A stretch of DNA of 36,670 nucleotides from Candidatus Woesearchaeota archaeon UBA119 (GTDB lineage: Archaea; Nanobdellota; Nanobdellia; Woesearchaeales; UBA119), in the NCBI GenBank assembly GCA_002505945.1, contig DAWM01000022.1, forward strand, positions 19,032-55,701, read 5' to 3'. Positions 8,343 through 16,944 of the stretch are shown piece after piece; the first letter of the stretch is position 1; each line of letters opens with the position of its first letter. The notes under the pieces were generated by a model, which saw only the letters and a list, made by a program, of their open reading frames with translations, was not told the origin of the DNA and did no database searches. The position numbers were made by a program, and so were the translations under genes.

Positions 8343-8408
8343 TATTTGTATCTTGAGATTAGTTGGAATGTTAGGATTAGCAAACAACTTTAAAAGAGGT
8401 GCGTCGGA

Positions 8409-11147
8409 TTGGCTGTAAGTTGGGAGGAATTAGCTTTCAAGGAAGCAAAAGAATCTTTGAAAAAGTTGGATTCTTCCCAAAAAGGGCTTAATAATCATGA
8501 GGCAAAGGCTCGTCTGGATAAATTTGGTTACAATGAGCTCTCCCAAGAGAAAAAATTACATCCCCTTAAGATATTCCTTGAGCAGTTTAATAATTTCATA
8601 ATATATGTGCTTTTCTTTGCTGTTGCAGTATCTTTCTTCATTGGAGAGTTTACAGATGCTATAGTAATTTTAATCATCCTTTTTGCTAACGCTTTGTTGG
8701 GTTTTTTTCAGAACTATAGGGCTGAGAAGTCTATTCTTGCTTTAAAGAAATTGACAGCATTGCATTCTACTGTAATAAGAGATGGAGAACAGGTTCGCAT
8801 TCCTGCAAAAGAGGTGGTACCTGGAGATATCTTGGTATTGTCAGAAGGGGATAAGATTCCTGCAGATGCCAAGATAATAACCTCAAATGAACTTGTTTGT
8901 GACGAATCTGTGATAACCGGAGAATCTATTCCTGTTAGAAAAGATAACAAACCCCTGACTAAAAGACTTAAAAAAGAAGGCATTGCCCTTGGAGATGTCA
9001 AAAACTGTCTTTTTAGTGGAACTACAATTGTTAATGGGAATGGTTTAGCTGTAGTTTTTGCAACTGGAAAGGATGCAGAGTTCGGCAAGATAGCAGAAAG
9101 CCTTTCACATGTAAAGCAGGAATCCACTCCTCTTCAGAAGAAATTAGATTCTTTTGGCAGAAAATTGTCTTTCTTGGTTATCATTGTATGCGCTTTAATC
9201 TTCCTTTTAGCCCTTTTTAAGAACCTTGATAATCTGAGCTTTAGTTCTGCTTTGGATAACTTTAAACTCTCAATCAGCCTTGCTGTGGCTGCTGTTCCTG
9301 AGGGTCTTCCAGTAATAATTACTCTGGCTCTTGCAATGGGAGTAAGAAGCCTTTCTAAGAAGAAAGCTCTTGTTAGGGTGCTTCCTTCTGTGGAAACATT
9401 GGGTAGCACCTCGGTAATCTGCACGGACAAAACAGGAACACTCACGAAAAATCAAATGACGGTAAAGAAACTATACCTTGGAGGAAAGGCCTTGAAGGTA
9501 GGAGGAGTTGGATATTCCCCAAAGGGAAAAGTGGAATTTGTTGATTCAAAGAAAAATTCCTCTTCCTTTATAAAAGAGAATTCTCTTTTCTTTGATGTTT
9601 GCCAATTCTGCAATTCAAGCAGCCTTTTTAGGCAGGATGGCAAGTGGTTTGTATCTGGGGATCCTACTGAAGCGAGCTTGTTGGTGCTGAACAAGAAAAT
9701 ATCCTATGTCCCCGATAAAAAAATCAAGAAGATAAAGGAGTTCCCTTTTTCTTCCTCAAGGAAGATGATGAGCGTTATTATCAAGAAAGGCAAGGATTAT
9801 TTTCTTCTTGTAAAAGGAGCCCCTGACTTGATACTCTCGAATTCCAGCCATCTTTTAGAAGCAGGAAAAAGGAAAAAGCTTTCTCATTCCAAGGATACCA
9901 TATCAACCTCTTCTGAACAAGAACTCAGAAAGGTAATAGATGAGTTTGCGCAGCAGGGCTATAGAGTTCTGGGTTTAGGATACAGAAAACTTTCCTCAAA
10001 AGAGATGAAACATATTGAAAAACTGCACGAGGATGACTTAGAAAAGGGTTTTACCTTTCTTGGCTTCGCAGGGATGATAGATCCGATCAGAGAAGAGGTC
10101 CCTCAAGCTATAGAAAACTGCAGAACTGCTGGTATGCGGGTAATAATGATAACAGGGGATTATCCTTTGACAGCTAAAGCAATTGGCGAGCAGATTGGAC
10201 TAGGAAGCCAGGTTGTAGAAGGTTCCCATATAGATCGGGTTTCAGAGAAAAAATTCAAGGAGATTGTGGCTAATACCAATATCTTTGCTAGGGTAGCTCC
10301 CGATCAAAAGATGAAAATCATTCAGCAGTTAAAAGACGATGGTGAGGTAGTTGCTATGACCGGCGATGGAGTTAATGATGCCCCTGCTCTTAAAAGAGCA
10401 GACATCGGGATTGCAATGGGAGAAACAGGAACAGAAGTGGCTAAACAATCAAGCGACATGATTCTTGTTGATAATTCCTTTGTCAATATATCCAATGCTG
10501 TATTTGAAGGGAGACGGATATTTGATAATATTGAGAAGTTTATTAATTATCTTCTTGCCACTAACTTAGCGGAGGTTTTGATAATCCTGGTGGCAGTCTT
10601 CTTTGCCTTTCCTTTCCCATTAATTCCAATACAAATCCTCTGGATAAACTTGATAACAGATGGTTTGCCAGCCATAGCATTAGGAATGGATCCTGCTTCA
10701 AAGGATATAATGAAAAAGAAACCCTATAAAGAAAAAAAAATCTTCTCAAAGGAGATGCTTTTTGCTATTCTTTTGATAGGTATTATTGTAACCTTTGGAG
10801 TGCTTTTGATTTATTTCTCTAACATCTCAAAAGTTTCTTTGGAGATTGCAAGAACCATGGCCTTAACAACATTGGTTTTGCTTGAGATTGTTATACTTGA
10901 TGCGGTGAGGAACAGATTTGGCCAGGGTTTATTCTCCAATCCAACCCTTTTGCTATCTTTGGCAGGGGCTTTTGGAGCTCATTTTCTGATACTTTATACC
11001 CCGCTTTCTCGCTTCTTCCATACAGTACCTCTAACTCTTGGCCAATGGGGTTCAATCCTCTTAGTTGTGATCCCTCTCATCTTAGGCTTTAGATTGCTCA
11101 GTTTTATATTAAGATTCATAAGGGAGAAGCATTCTGAGAGGACTTAA
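8409..11147 (+). CDS. P2-type cation-transporting P-type ATPase (Ca2+-ATPase-like)
   Basis: CTDKTGTLT phosphorylation motif, AAVPEGLPVIITLALA (TM4 PEGLP), KGAPD, MITGDYPLTA, TGDGVNDAPALKRADIG, and about 10 TM helices across 912 aa. The start is a TTG at 8409, 7 nt after AGAGGTG. The N-terminal W-x-x-L...GL-x-x-x-EA-x-x-RL-x-x-(F/Y)G-x-N-x-L block is intact, so the start is close to correct. Confidence 0.93.
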   Translation: MAVSWEELAFKEAKESLKKLDSSQKGLNNHEAKARLDKFGYNELSQEKKLHPLKIFLEQFNNFIIYVLFFAVAVSFFIGEFTDAIVILIILFANALLGFFQNYRAEKSILALKKLTALHSTVIRDGEQVRIPAKEVVPGDILVLSEGDKIPADAKIITSNELVCDESVITGESIPVRKDNKPLTKRLKKEGIALGDVKNCLFSGTTIVNGNGLAVVFATGKDAEFGKIAESLSHVKQESTPLQKKLDSFGRKLSFLVIIVCALIFLLALFKNLDNLSFSSALDNFKLSISLAVAAVPEGLPVIITLALAMGVRSLSKKKALVRVLPSVETLGSTSVICTDKTGTLTKNQMTVKKLYLGGKALKVGGVGYSPKGKVEFVDSKKNSSSFIKENSLFFDVCQFCNSSSLFRQDGKWFVSGDPTEASLLVLNKKISYVPDKKIKKIKEFPFSSSRKMMSVIIKKGKDYFLLVKGAPDLILSNSSHLLEAGKRKKLSHSKDTISTSSEQELRKVIDEFAQQGYRVLGLGYRKLSSKEMKHIEKLHEDDLEKGFTFLGFAGMIDPIREEVPQAIENCRTAGMRVIMITGDYPLTAKAIGEQIGLGSQVVEGSHIDRVSEKKFKEIVANTNIFARVAPDQKMKIIQQLKDDGEVVAMTGDGVNDAPALKRADIGIAMGETGTEVAKQSSDMILVDNSFVNISNAVFEGRRIFDNIEKFINYLLATNLAEVLIILVAVFFAFPFPLIPIQILWINLITDGLPAIALGMDPASKDIMKKKPYKEKKIFSKEMLFAILLIGIIVTFGVLLIYFSNISKVSLEIARTMALTTLVLLEIVILDAVRNRFGQGLFSNPTLLLSLAGAFGAHFLILYTPLSRFFHTVPLTLGQWGSILLVVIPLILGFRLLSFILRFIREKHSERT

Positions 11148-11201
11148 ACAAAGGTAATATCAAGAAATTCTAACTAAAACTTCAATCTCTGTTGAACCCT
11201 T

Positions 11202-11217
11202 CCAAACCTTTAAATAT
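11202..11217 (+). promoter_or_regulatory. BRE/TATA-like box for the ArsR-like gene
   Basis: ccaaacctttaaatat. The TATA centre lies ~27 nt upstream of the ATG at 11239, which favours that ATG (MEKVMM) over 11230 as a leaderless start. Confidence 0.35.
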
Positions 11218-11229
11218 CTATGTGTTTAA

Positions 11230-11862
11230 ATGCAAATCATGGAAAAGGTCATGATGCTTTCCTTGGATGACGATTCCTCTGATCTTACCTCAATCATCAA
11301 CAGCAAAACTGCTAAAAGAATCATTTCTTATCTGGCTGAGAAAGAGGAAGCAACAGAGTCTGATGTAGCTAAAGATTTGGCTCTTCCTATATCAACGGTT
11401 CATTATAACCTTAAAAAGCTGCTTGAGGCGGGTGTTGTAATTTCTGAGAATTATCATTATTCTGATAAGGGTAAGGTAGTAGAGCATTATAAGATTGCCG
11501 AGAGATTGATTTTAATTGTGCCAAGCAAGAAAAAGAAATTCTCTGATTTCATAAAAAACCTTGTTCCAGTCTTCATTTCCTTTGGAGTAATAGCATTAGG
11601 GCTCTTGATTTATAATTTCTTTTTCTCCCAGATGTCTCATGGAGTATTGCAATCAATGAGCAGGGATACCGCTTATAACGCAGAAGCCTTGATGATGGAA
11701 ACAATGGAAGCCGCTCCTGTTGCCGAGGAGGTTGCTGTTTCCTCGGGAATCTCCTTTTGGCAGTATATGCTTATAGGAGCGCTTTTAGAGGTAGTTGTTA
11801 TAACTGTAATCTTTGCCTTCCTTTATTTCTGGAATAAAAGAAAAAGCATATTGAACAAATGA
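11230..11862 (+). CDS. membrane-tethered ArsR-family winged-HTH protein
   Basis: TAKRIISYLAEKEEATESDVAKDLALPISTVHYNLKKLLEAGVV is an ArsR/SmtB-type wHTH. It is followed by two hydrophobic helices (LVPVFISFGVIALGLLIYNFFF and FWQYMLIGALLEVVVITVIFAFLYFW). The true start may be the ATG at 11239. Confidence 0.6.
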   Translation: MQIMEKVMMLSLDDDSSDLTSIINSKTAKRIISYLAEKEEATESDVAKDLALPISTVHYNLKKLLEAGVVISENYHYSDKGKVVEHYKIAERLILIVPSKKKKFSDFIKNLVPVFISFGVIALGLLIYNFFFSQMSHGVLQSMSRDTAYNAEALMMETMEAAPVAEEVAVSSGISFWQYMLIGALLEVVVITVIFAFLYFWNKRKSILNK

Positions 11863-11893
11863 AGATTAATTACTGCTACTCAAAAAGAGTAAC

Positions 11894-11910
11894 ACATTTT
11901 TTTAAAATAT
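11894..11910 (+). promoter_or_regulatory. BRE/TATA-like box for the ABC transporter operon
   Basis: acatttttttaaaatat, with the TATA centre ~26 nt upstream of the ATG at 11931 and no SD box. Confidence 0.35.
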
Positions 11911-11930
11911 TTCTCTATTAGATTCTATGA

Positions 11931-12902
11931 ATGAAAGGAGATGTAATTCTGAAGACAAAGGATTTGAGCATTGAGATAGATGGCTTTCTGATTTTAGACA
12001 AGATTAATCTCGATATATATGAAGGCGAGATGTTAGGTATTATAGGGATGTCTGGAGCAGGTAAAACCACCCTGCTTTCATCTTTAATAGGAGTATTTCC
12101 TCCTTTAAGCGGGGATGTTTATTTTTCCCATAGAACCCCTGATAAAAAAAAGGTTTTTAAGTCGGTAAATGCTCTGAAGCAATACTTCAGGCAGAGAGTC
12201 GGGTTCTCAAGCCAGATTGCATCTTTCTATGATAAGCTTACTGTTGTAGAAAACCTGCAGTTCTTTGCCTCCTTTTATGGCTTAGATAAATATACCTCTG
12301 AAGAAAGGATTAAAATCCTCTTGGATTTGTTTGACCTTTATCTTTTGAAGGATAAACTAGCCGAGGCTCTTTCAGGAGGAATGAGGAAAAGGCTTGACAT
12401 GGCCTGCGCTATGATTAACAATCCAAAAATCCTGCTATTGGATGAGCCAACTGCGAATCTGGATCCTGTTCTTAAGAAACAGATGTGGGCCTTAATCCAA
12501 AAGATAAACGAGAAAGGTACTACTGTAATAATAGCATCTCATCTTGTTTCAGATTTAGAGCAATACTGTGATAGGCTTGTTATACTTTCTGAAGGCAAGT
12601 TTGTGAGAGAAGGCACACCAAGGGAGTTAAGAGGCAGCATCTCTGTAGGAAGTAAAATCCTCTTGGAAACATCCCCAGGTGATTATCCTAAATTAGCCAA
12701 ATTGCTTAAGAAAAAGAAGGTTGTGACAAAGGCTCTTAGCAAGGGAGATCATCTAATATTATACGCGCCAAACGGAGAAAAAGCACTTAATGAATTGATG
12801 TCAGCAGCTCATAAACTCAAGGAGCGAGTAATAAGTGTTGAGATGAACAAGCCCTCTTTGGATGACTTTTTCGCTACAATTGTAGAACAGAACGAACAAT
12901 GA
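11931..12902 (+). CDS. ABC transporter ATP-binding protein (ABC-2/DrrA-like)
   Basis: Walker A GMSGAGKTT, Q-loop SSQ, signature LSGGMRKRL, Walker B ILLLDEPT, H-loop ASH. Confidence 0.9.
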   Translation: MKGDVILKTKDLSIEIDGFLILDKINLDIYEGEMLGIIGMSGAGKTTLLSSLIGVFPPLSGDVYFSHRTPDKKKVFKSVNALKQYFRQRVGFSSQIASFYDKLTVVENLQFFASFYGLDKYTSEERIKILLDLFDLYLLKDKLAEALSGGMRKRLDMACAMINNPKILLLDEPTANLDPVLKKQMWALIQKINEKGTTVIIASHLVSDLEQYCDRLVILSEGKFVREGTPRELRGSISVGSKILLETSPGDYPKLAKLLKKKKVVTKALSKGDHLILYAPNGEKALNELMSAAHKLKERVISVEMNKPSLDDFFATIVEQNEQ

Positions 12903-12917
12903 ACAAATAGGTGTCTA

Positions 12918-14936
12918 ATGTTGAACTTTAGAAGCTTGTTGGAGGTTGTAAAGAAGGAGTTGAAGGTATTGATTAGGTCAAAGTCTTCTTCGTTGATAGT
13001 AATCCTTGGTCCTCTTCTAATAATCTTCATGGTTGGTTTGGCTTTTGATACGAGCGGCTATCACAACATAAAACTTGCGGTATATTCAGAGGAGTATTCA
13101 GATTTGGCAGAATCCTATATCTCGAAGCTCTCAAGTAATGCTTACCGAGTTTTTAAGGTTTCTTCAGAGGAAGAATGCATATCTCTTGTCAAGGCAGGAA
13201 CACATCACGCATGTATTGTCTTCTCTCCTAACCTAAGGATAGGCAATCAGACCAAGTCCCAGATTAACATACATATTGATAACTCTAAGTTAAATATAGC
13301 ATGGCTGATTAAGGATACCATATTCCAAAGAATCTCTAATCGCTCTCAGGAAATCTCTCAATCCCTTTCCCAAATCCTTTTAGATACCTTTGATGAGATA
13401 AATGATGAGCTCTCAATACGAAAGAAATCTGTAATCTCTCTGACAACTAAAAATGACGAGCTTATCACAGATGCTAATGACATTATAAGTGCAGGGCAGG
13501 GAATAAAGGTAGATATAGATGAATCCAAGTTTAAAACATCTGAGTTCTCTTCCTCAATCTCTTCTGCTTCTAGCATATTTTCCCAATATAAGAATGAGAT
13601 GGAAGACTCAGTGTCTTCTGTAGTCTCATCAATAAATGCCATTCAGAGCGAGGCAGAGGATTTGAATATAAATGATACTCTAAAGCAAAGTCTATATAAT
13701 GCAATCTCCTCTGCCAAAACCCAGGCATCTAACATCTCTCATCAGGATACTTATGAATCAGCCCAGTCAAAGCTATCCGCTTTATCTTCTTATGTCGATG
13801 CAATTAAAACTGAATTAACCAGTTTAAAAACCGAGATATCAGATATGACTGAATCAAAGAATGAACTCCTTTCTCAAGCCCAGGGTATGAAACAGAAGCT
13901 AGTGGATCAGCTTGGTAAGATAATGGAGATTCAACAAGGAATAAACACGATAGAGCAGAAAATTGCTAATCTTGAGGTTAAGGATTCGGATGTTATATCA
14001 GAACCGATAGAAACTAAAGTCTCTCCTGTTGTGGTAAAAGAGAGCCATTTATCTTTCCTATTCCCAAATCTCTTAGTATTAATAGTGATGTTTGTCAGCC
14101 TTTTAATATCATCTACTTTGGTTCAGATGGAAAGAAGCTCTAAAGCTCATTTCAGGAACCTTATTACCCCCTCTAATAATCTGTTCTTTACATTTGGAAG
14201 TTTCCTTGTAACCCTTTTGGTTGTACTGATTCAGATTATAATAGTGTTGGGCATAACTGATTTGGTTTTCCAAACTGCCATATTCTCAAACTTCCATTAT
14301 ATCATGCTGATTTCTCTTGTATCCTCATCGCTTTTCATTCTCCTAGGCATAATCATAGCAGGTATCTTCAACAGCGAAGAAACAAGCTTAATGGCTACAT
14401 TAGCAGTTGGCCTGGTCTTGTTATTGGTTTCAGGCACAATCCTGCCTCTTGAGACTATGCCTTCTAATGTCAAAGCGGTTACCGAATTAAGTCCTTTTGT
14501 GCTTAGTTATGATATGTATCGGGATATGATATTGTTCAAATCTACCTTCTCTACCATCTCTTCAGAAATGGGCTATATGGTGCTTTATGTTTTGGTATTG
14601 GCCTCTTTGATTTTCATAATGCAGAACCTCTTTGACAAACTAAGCCTTAAATTGCATTTAAGGGCCCATGTTCCTTTCAAGGTTGCTGGAAAAGAGATTT
14701 CTGGAAAGAAAACCATGAAAAGCGTGTTTGTAAAAGAGACCAAACAGATGGAATATCTTAGAGAGTTAATACATGATTGCAAGAAGATACTTTCTAAGAA
14801 GAATCTTGGGCAACCAGATGTAGATAAGGTAAAGAAGATCTATGTAAAACTGCTTAATATCTATGATTCTTTACCTATTTCAGAAAGAAAGCGGGTGTTC
14901 CCGGAAATTGATAAGATATACAAAAAGATAAGCTAG
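12918..14936 (+). CDS. ABC-2 family permease with a large YhgE/Pip-like coiled-coil ectodomain
   Basis: N-terminal TM helix (SSLIVILGPLLIIFMVGLAF), then a ~330-aa S/E/K/I-rich heptad-like extracytoplasmic region, then 5 C-terminal TM helices typical of ABC-2 permeases, and a ~95-aa basic cytoplasmic tail. tAGGTG lies 4 nt before the ATG, and the gene starts 15 nt after the ATPase gene ends. Confidence 0.65.
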   Translation: MLNFRSLLEVVKKELKVLIRSKSSSLIVILGPLLIIFMVGLAFDTSGYHNIKLAVYSEEYSDLAESYISKLSSNAYRVFKVSSEEECISLVKAGTHHACIVFSPNLRIGNQTKSQINIHIDNSKLNIAWLIKDTIFQRISNRSQEISQSLSQILLDTFDEINDELSIRKKSVISLTTKNDELITDANDIISAGQGIKVDIDESKFKTSEFSSSISSASSIFSQYKNEMEDSVSSVVSSINAIQSEAEDLNINDTLKQSLYNAISSAKTQASNISHQDTYESAQSKLSALSSYVDAIKTELTSLKTEISDMTESKNELLSQAQGMKQKLVDQLGKIMEIQQGINTIEQKIANLEVKDSDVISEPIETKVSPVVVKESHLSFLFPNLLVLIVMFVSLLISSTLVQMERSSKAHFRNLITPSNNLFFTFGSFLVTLLVVLIQIIIVLGITDLVFQTAIFSNFHYIMLISLVSSSLFILLGIIIAGIFNSEETSLMATLAVGLVLLLVSGTILPLETMPSNVKAVTELSPFVLSYDMYRDMILFKSTFSTISSEMGYMVLYVLVLASLIFIMQNLFDKLSLKLHLRAHVPFKVAGKEISGKKTMKSVFVKETKQMEYLRELIHDCKKILSKKNLGQPDVDKVKKIYVKLLNIYDSLPISERKRVFPEIDKIYKKIS

Positions 14937-15074
14937 ATAAACTAATCAGGACTCTAGTTCTTAATCTTGCTGGCTTCTTCTTTATGCACAAAGATTCACA
15001 ATATTGGCATGGGGTTTAACACCCAGCGCTTCAGGGCGATTTTTATGATTCCATTCCAAGGAAAAAGCACTTTG

Positions 15075-15090
15075 GAAAAGCTTTATAAAC
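15075..15090 (+). promoter_or_regulatory. BRE/TATA-like box for the aRF1 gene
   Basis: gaaaagctttataaac, with the TATA centre ~28 nt upstream of the ATG at 15113 and no SD box. This geometry implies a leaderless mRNA. Confidence 0.4.
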
Positions 15091-15112
15091 CCAGTCTTGG
15101 TTCCTAAGGAAT

Positions 15113-16219
15113 ATGGAATTATCCGCAGCCCAGAAAAGGAAATTGAAGAGATTCGTTGAAGAGCTTGACCAATATAAAGGCAGGCATACCGAACTTGTCA
15201 GTGTTTATATCCCTCAAGGATACGATATGAACAAGATAATCAATCACCTTTTGGATGAGCAAGGCACTGCTACGAATATTAAGTCTAAGCAGACCCAAAA
15301 GAATGTTATAGCTTCTCTTGAAAGGATGATACAGCATTTAAGGCTGTTCAAGAAAACTCCGCAGAATGGATTGGCGGTCTTTGCAGGCAATGTTGCCGAG
15401 AGAGAAGGTCAGTTAGATGTTCAGGTCTGGAGTATTGAACCGCCTATCCCTCTTAATTTCCGCATATACCGATGTGATAAGGACTTTGTTTTAGACCCAT
15501 TAAAAAAGATGTTGGAGTCAGATGACCTCTTTGGCTTGGTTGTATTAGACAAAAGGGAAGCCAATATAGCTTTATTGAAGGGTAAGAGGATAATTCCGCT
15601 TGCTAAGACAACATCTAATGTTCCAGGGAAGACTAGGGCTGGAGGCCAGTCAGCTCCTAGATTCCAAAGGCTTAGAGAAGGAGCCACTAAGGATTTCTTT
15701 AAGAAAATTGCTGAGTATGTTAAGGAATCATTCCAGGATAGAGATCTTAATGGGATGATTATTGGAGGTCCAGGTCATACAAAGAATGAATTCGTTGATG
15801 GCAACTTCATCCCAGAGGCCTTGAAAAACAAGATTATTGCGGTAAAGGATTTGAGCTATACCGGAGAATATGGGCTCCAGGAGCTATTGGATAAAAGCGA
15901 AGATGTTCTTGCAGAAGAACAAGTATCTAAGGAAAAGAAATTGATGAAAGGCTTCTTTGAGACCTTGGCAAAAGAGCCGGGAAAGGTTGCCTATGGCAGG
16001 GATGAAGTATTTCAACTTCTAGAGAGAGGAGCAGTGGAAAAACTCCTTTTGTCTGATGAGTTAGATGATGAAACAATTGAGGAGTTTGAAAAGAAGGCAG
16101 AGGAATTCTCCAGCGAGGTTGAAGTTGTATCAACCGAGACTAATGAGGGAGTGCAATTGACAAACCTTGGCAAAGTCGCTGCCTTCTTGCGATATAGTAT
16201 AGATGCCGACCAATTATAA
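15113..16219 (+). CDS. prf1: peptide chain release factor aRF1
   Basis: NIKS stop-codon recognition motif (TATNIKSKQ), YxCxxxF motif (YRCDKDF), and GGQ (RAGGQSAPRF). At 368 aa it is colinear with archaeal/eukaryotic class-I RF. Confidence 0.95.
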   Translation: MELSAAQKRKLKRFVEELDQYKGRHTELVSVYIPQGYDMNKIINHLLDEQGTATNIKSKQTQKNVIASLERMIQHLRLFKKTPQNGLAVFAGNVAEREGQLDVQVWSIEPPIPLNFRIYRCDKDFVLDPLKKMLESDDLFGLVVLDKREANIALLKGKRIIPLAKTTSNVPGKTRAGGQSAPRFQRLREGATKDFFKKIAEYVKESFQDRDLNGMIIGGPGHTKNEFVDGNFIPEALKNKIIAVKDLSYTGEYGLQELLDKSEDVLAEEQVSKEKKLMKGFFETLAKEPGKVAYGRDEVFQLLERGAVEKLLLSDELDDETIEEFEKKAEEFSSEVEVVSTETNEGVQLTNLGKVAAFLRYSIDADQL

Positions 16220-16244
16220 TCTTCTTTAAGATGATTTATTTAAA

Positions 16245-16922
16245 ATGAGAGATATGATTAATATAGAAAAAGAAGAATTCCAGGAAAAACTCAAGAGTGC
16301 AGCAAAGGAATTAGGACTTTCTCTTAATAAATATCAATTTTCTTTAATCTATTCAAGAAGAATGAAGGGCTATAACACCAAGATTGTGTTGCATCGTTTC
16401 CATAAGAGAATTGAGTTTAGGTTCGGTTATAAATGGAAGGAGGTAGGGTGGGAGATTCAAAAAGGGGCTGTTCAGGCTCTCCTATGCAGATTGTTTAAGA
16501 AAAATAAGAAGACAATGTCAATCTCCCTCCTGGATTCATTTCTGAGCAATGTCCATTCTTCCTACCTTGTACAAGAGGACTTTGAAGATGACATCTTGAG
16601 GGAGAGTTTTGAGAGGGTTAATGGGAAATTCTTTAATTCCTCTCAAGGGATATCTAGGGTTAGATTTGGCAAGCCTTCAAAAACCACTCTTGGCAGGTAT
16701 GATTTTGACTCTGATGAGATTGTTATCTCATCCATTTTCAAAAAAGCCCCCTGTGAATTGCTGGATTATGTTATGTATCATGAATTGCTTCATAAGAAAC
16801 ATGGATATGGTTCCTCCCTTAAAAGGCAGTATCATACCCCTTCTTTCAAGCAAGAAGAACAGAAATTTCCTGATTACAAAGGAGTAGAAAAAAGACTTCA
16901 AGCCTTTATTTCACATAACTAG
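16245..16922 (+). CDS. DUF45/YgjP- or SprT-like zinc metallohydrolase
   Basis: C-terminal TLGRYDFDSDEIVISSIF..APCELLDYVMYHELLHKKHG carries an HExxH motif in the arrangement typical of DUF45 (M48-related) proteins. The gene starts 25 nt downstream of aRF1. Confidence 0.55.
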   Translation: MRDMINIEKEEFQEKLKSAAKELGLSLNKYQFSLIYSRRMKGYNTKIVLHRFHKRIEFRFGYKWKEVGWEIQKGAVQALLCRLFKKNKKTMSISLLDSFLSNVHSSYLVQEDFEDDILRESFERVNGKFFNSSQGISRVRFGKPSKTTLGRYDFDSDEIVISSIFKKAPCELLDYVMYHELLHKKHGYGSSLKRQYHTPSFKQEEQKFPDYKGVEKRLQAFISHN

Positions 16923-16944
16923 TTTCGAGTACAATCTAAATGCT

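Noticed and set aside
8714-9694. Minus-strand ORFs 8714-9127, 9134-9445, 9270-9455 and 9452-9694
   Set aside because: They are antisense to the strongly supported P-type ATPase and have no motifs or initiation signals.
14990-15060. Locally GC-richer patch (ggcatggggtttaacacccagcgcttcagggcg) in the 176-nt spacer before aRF1, as a possible small RNA or tRNA fragment; also a 32-codon ORF there
   Set aside because: Only 3-bp stems can be drawn. There is no cloverleaf, no C/D or H/ACA boxes, and the small ORF overlaps the predicted aRF1 promoter.
16609-16887. Alternative-frame 92-aa ORF inside the DUF45-like gene
   Set aside because: It is in the same strand but a different frame, with no motif and no SD. 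The main frame carries the HExxH block.
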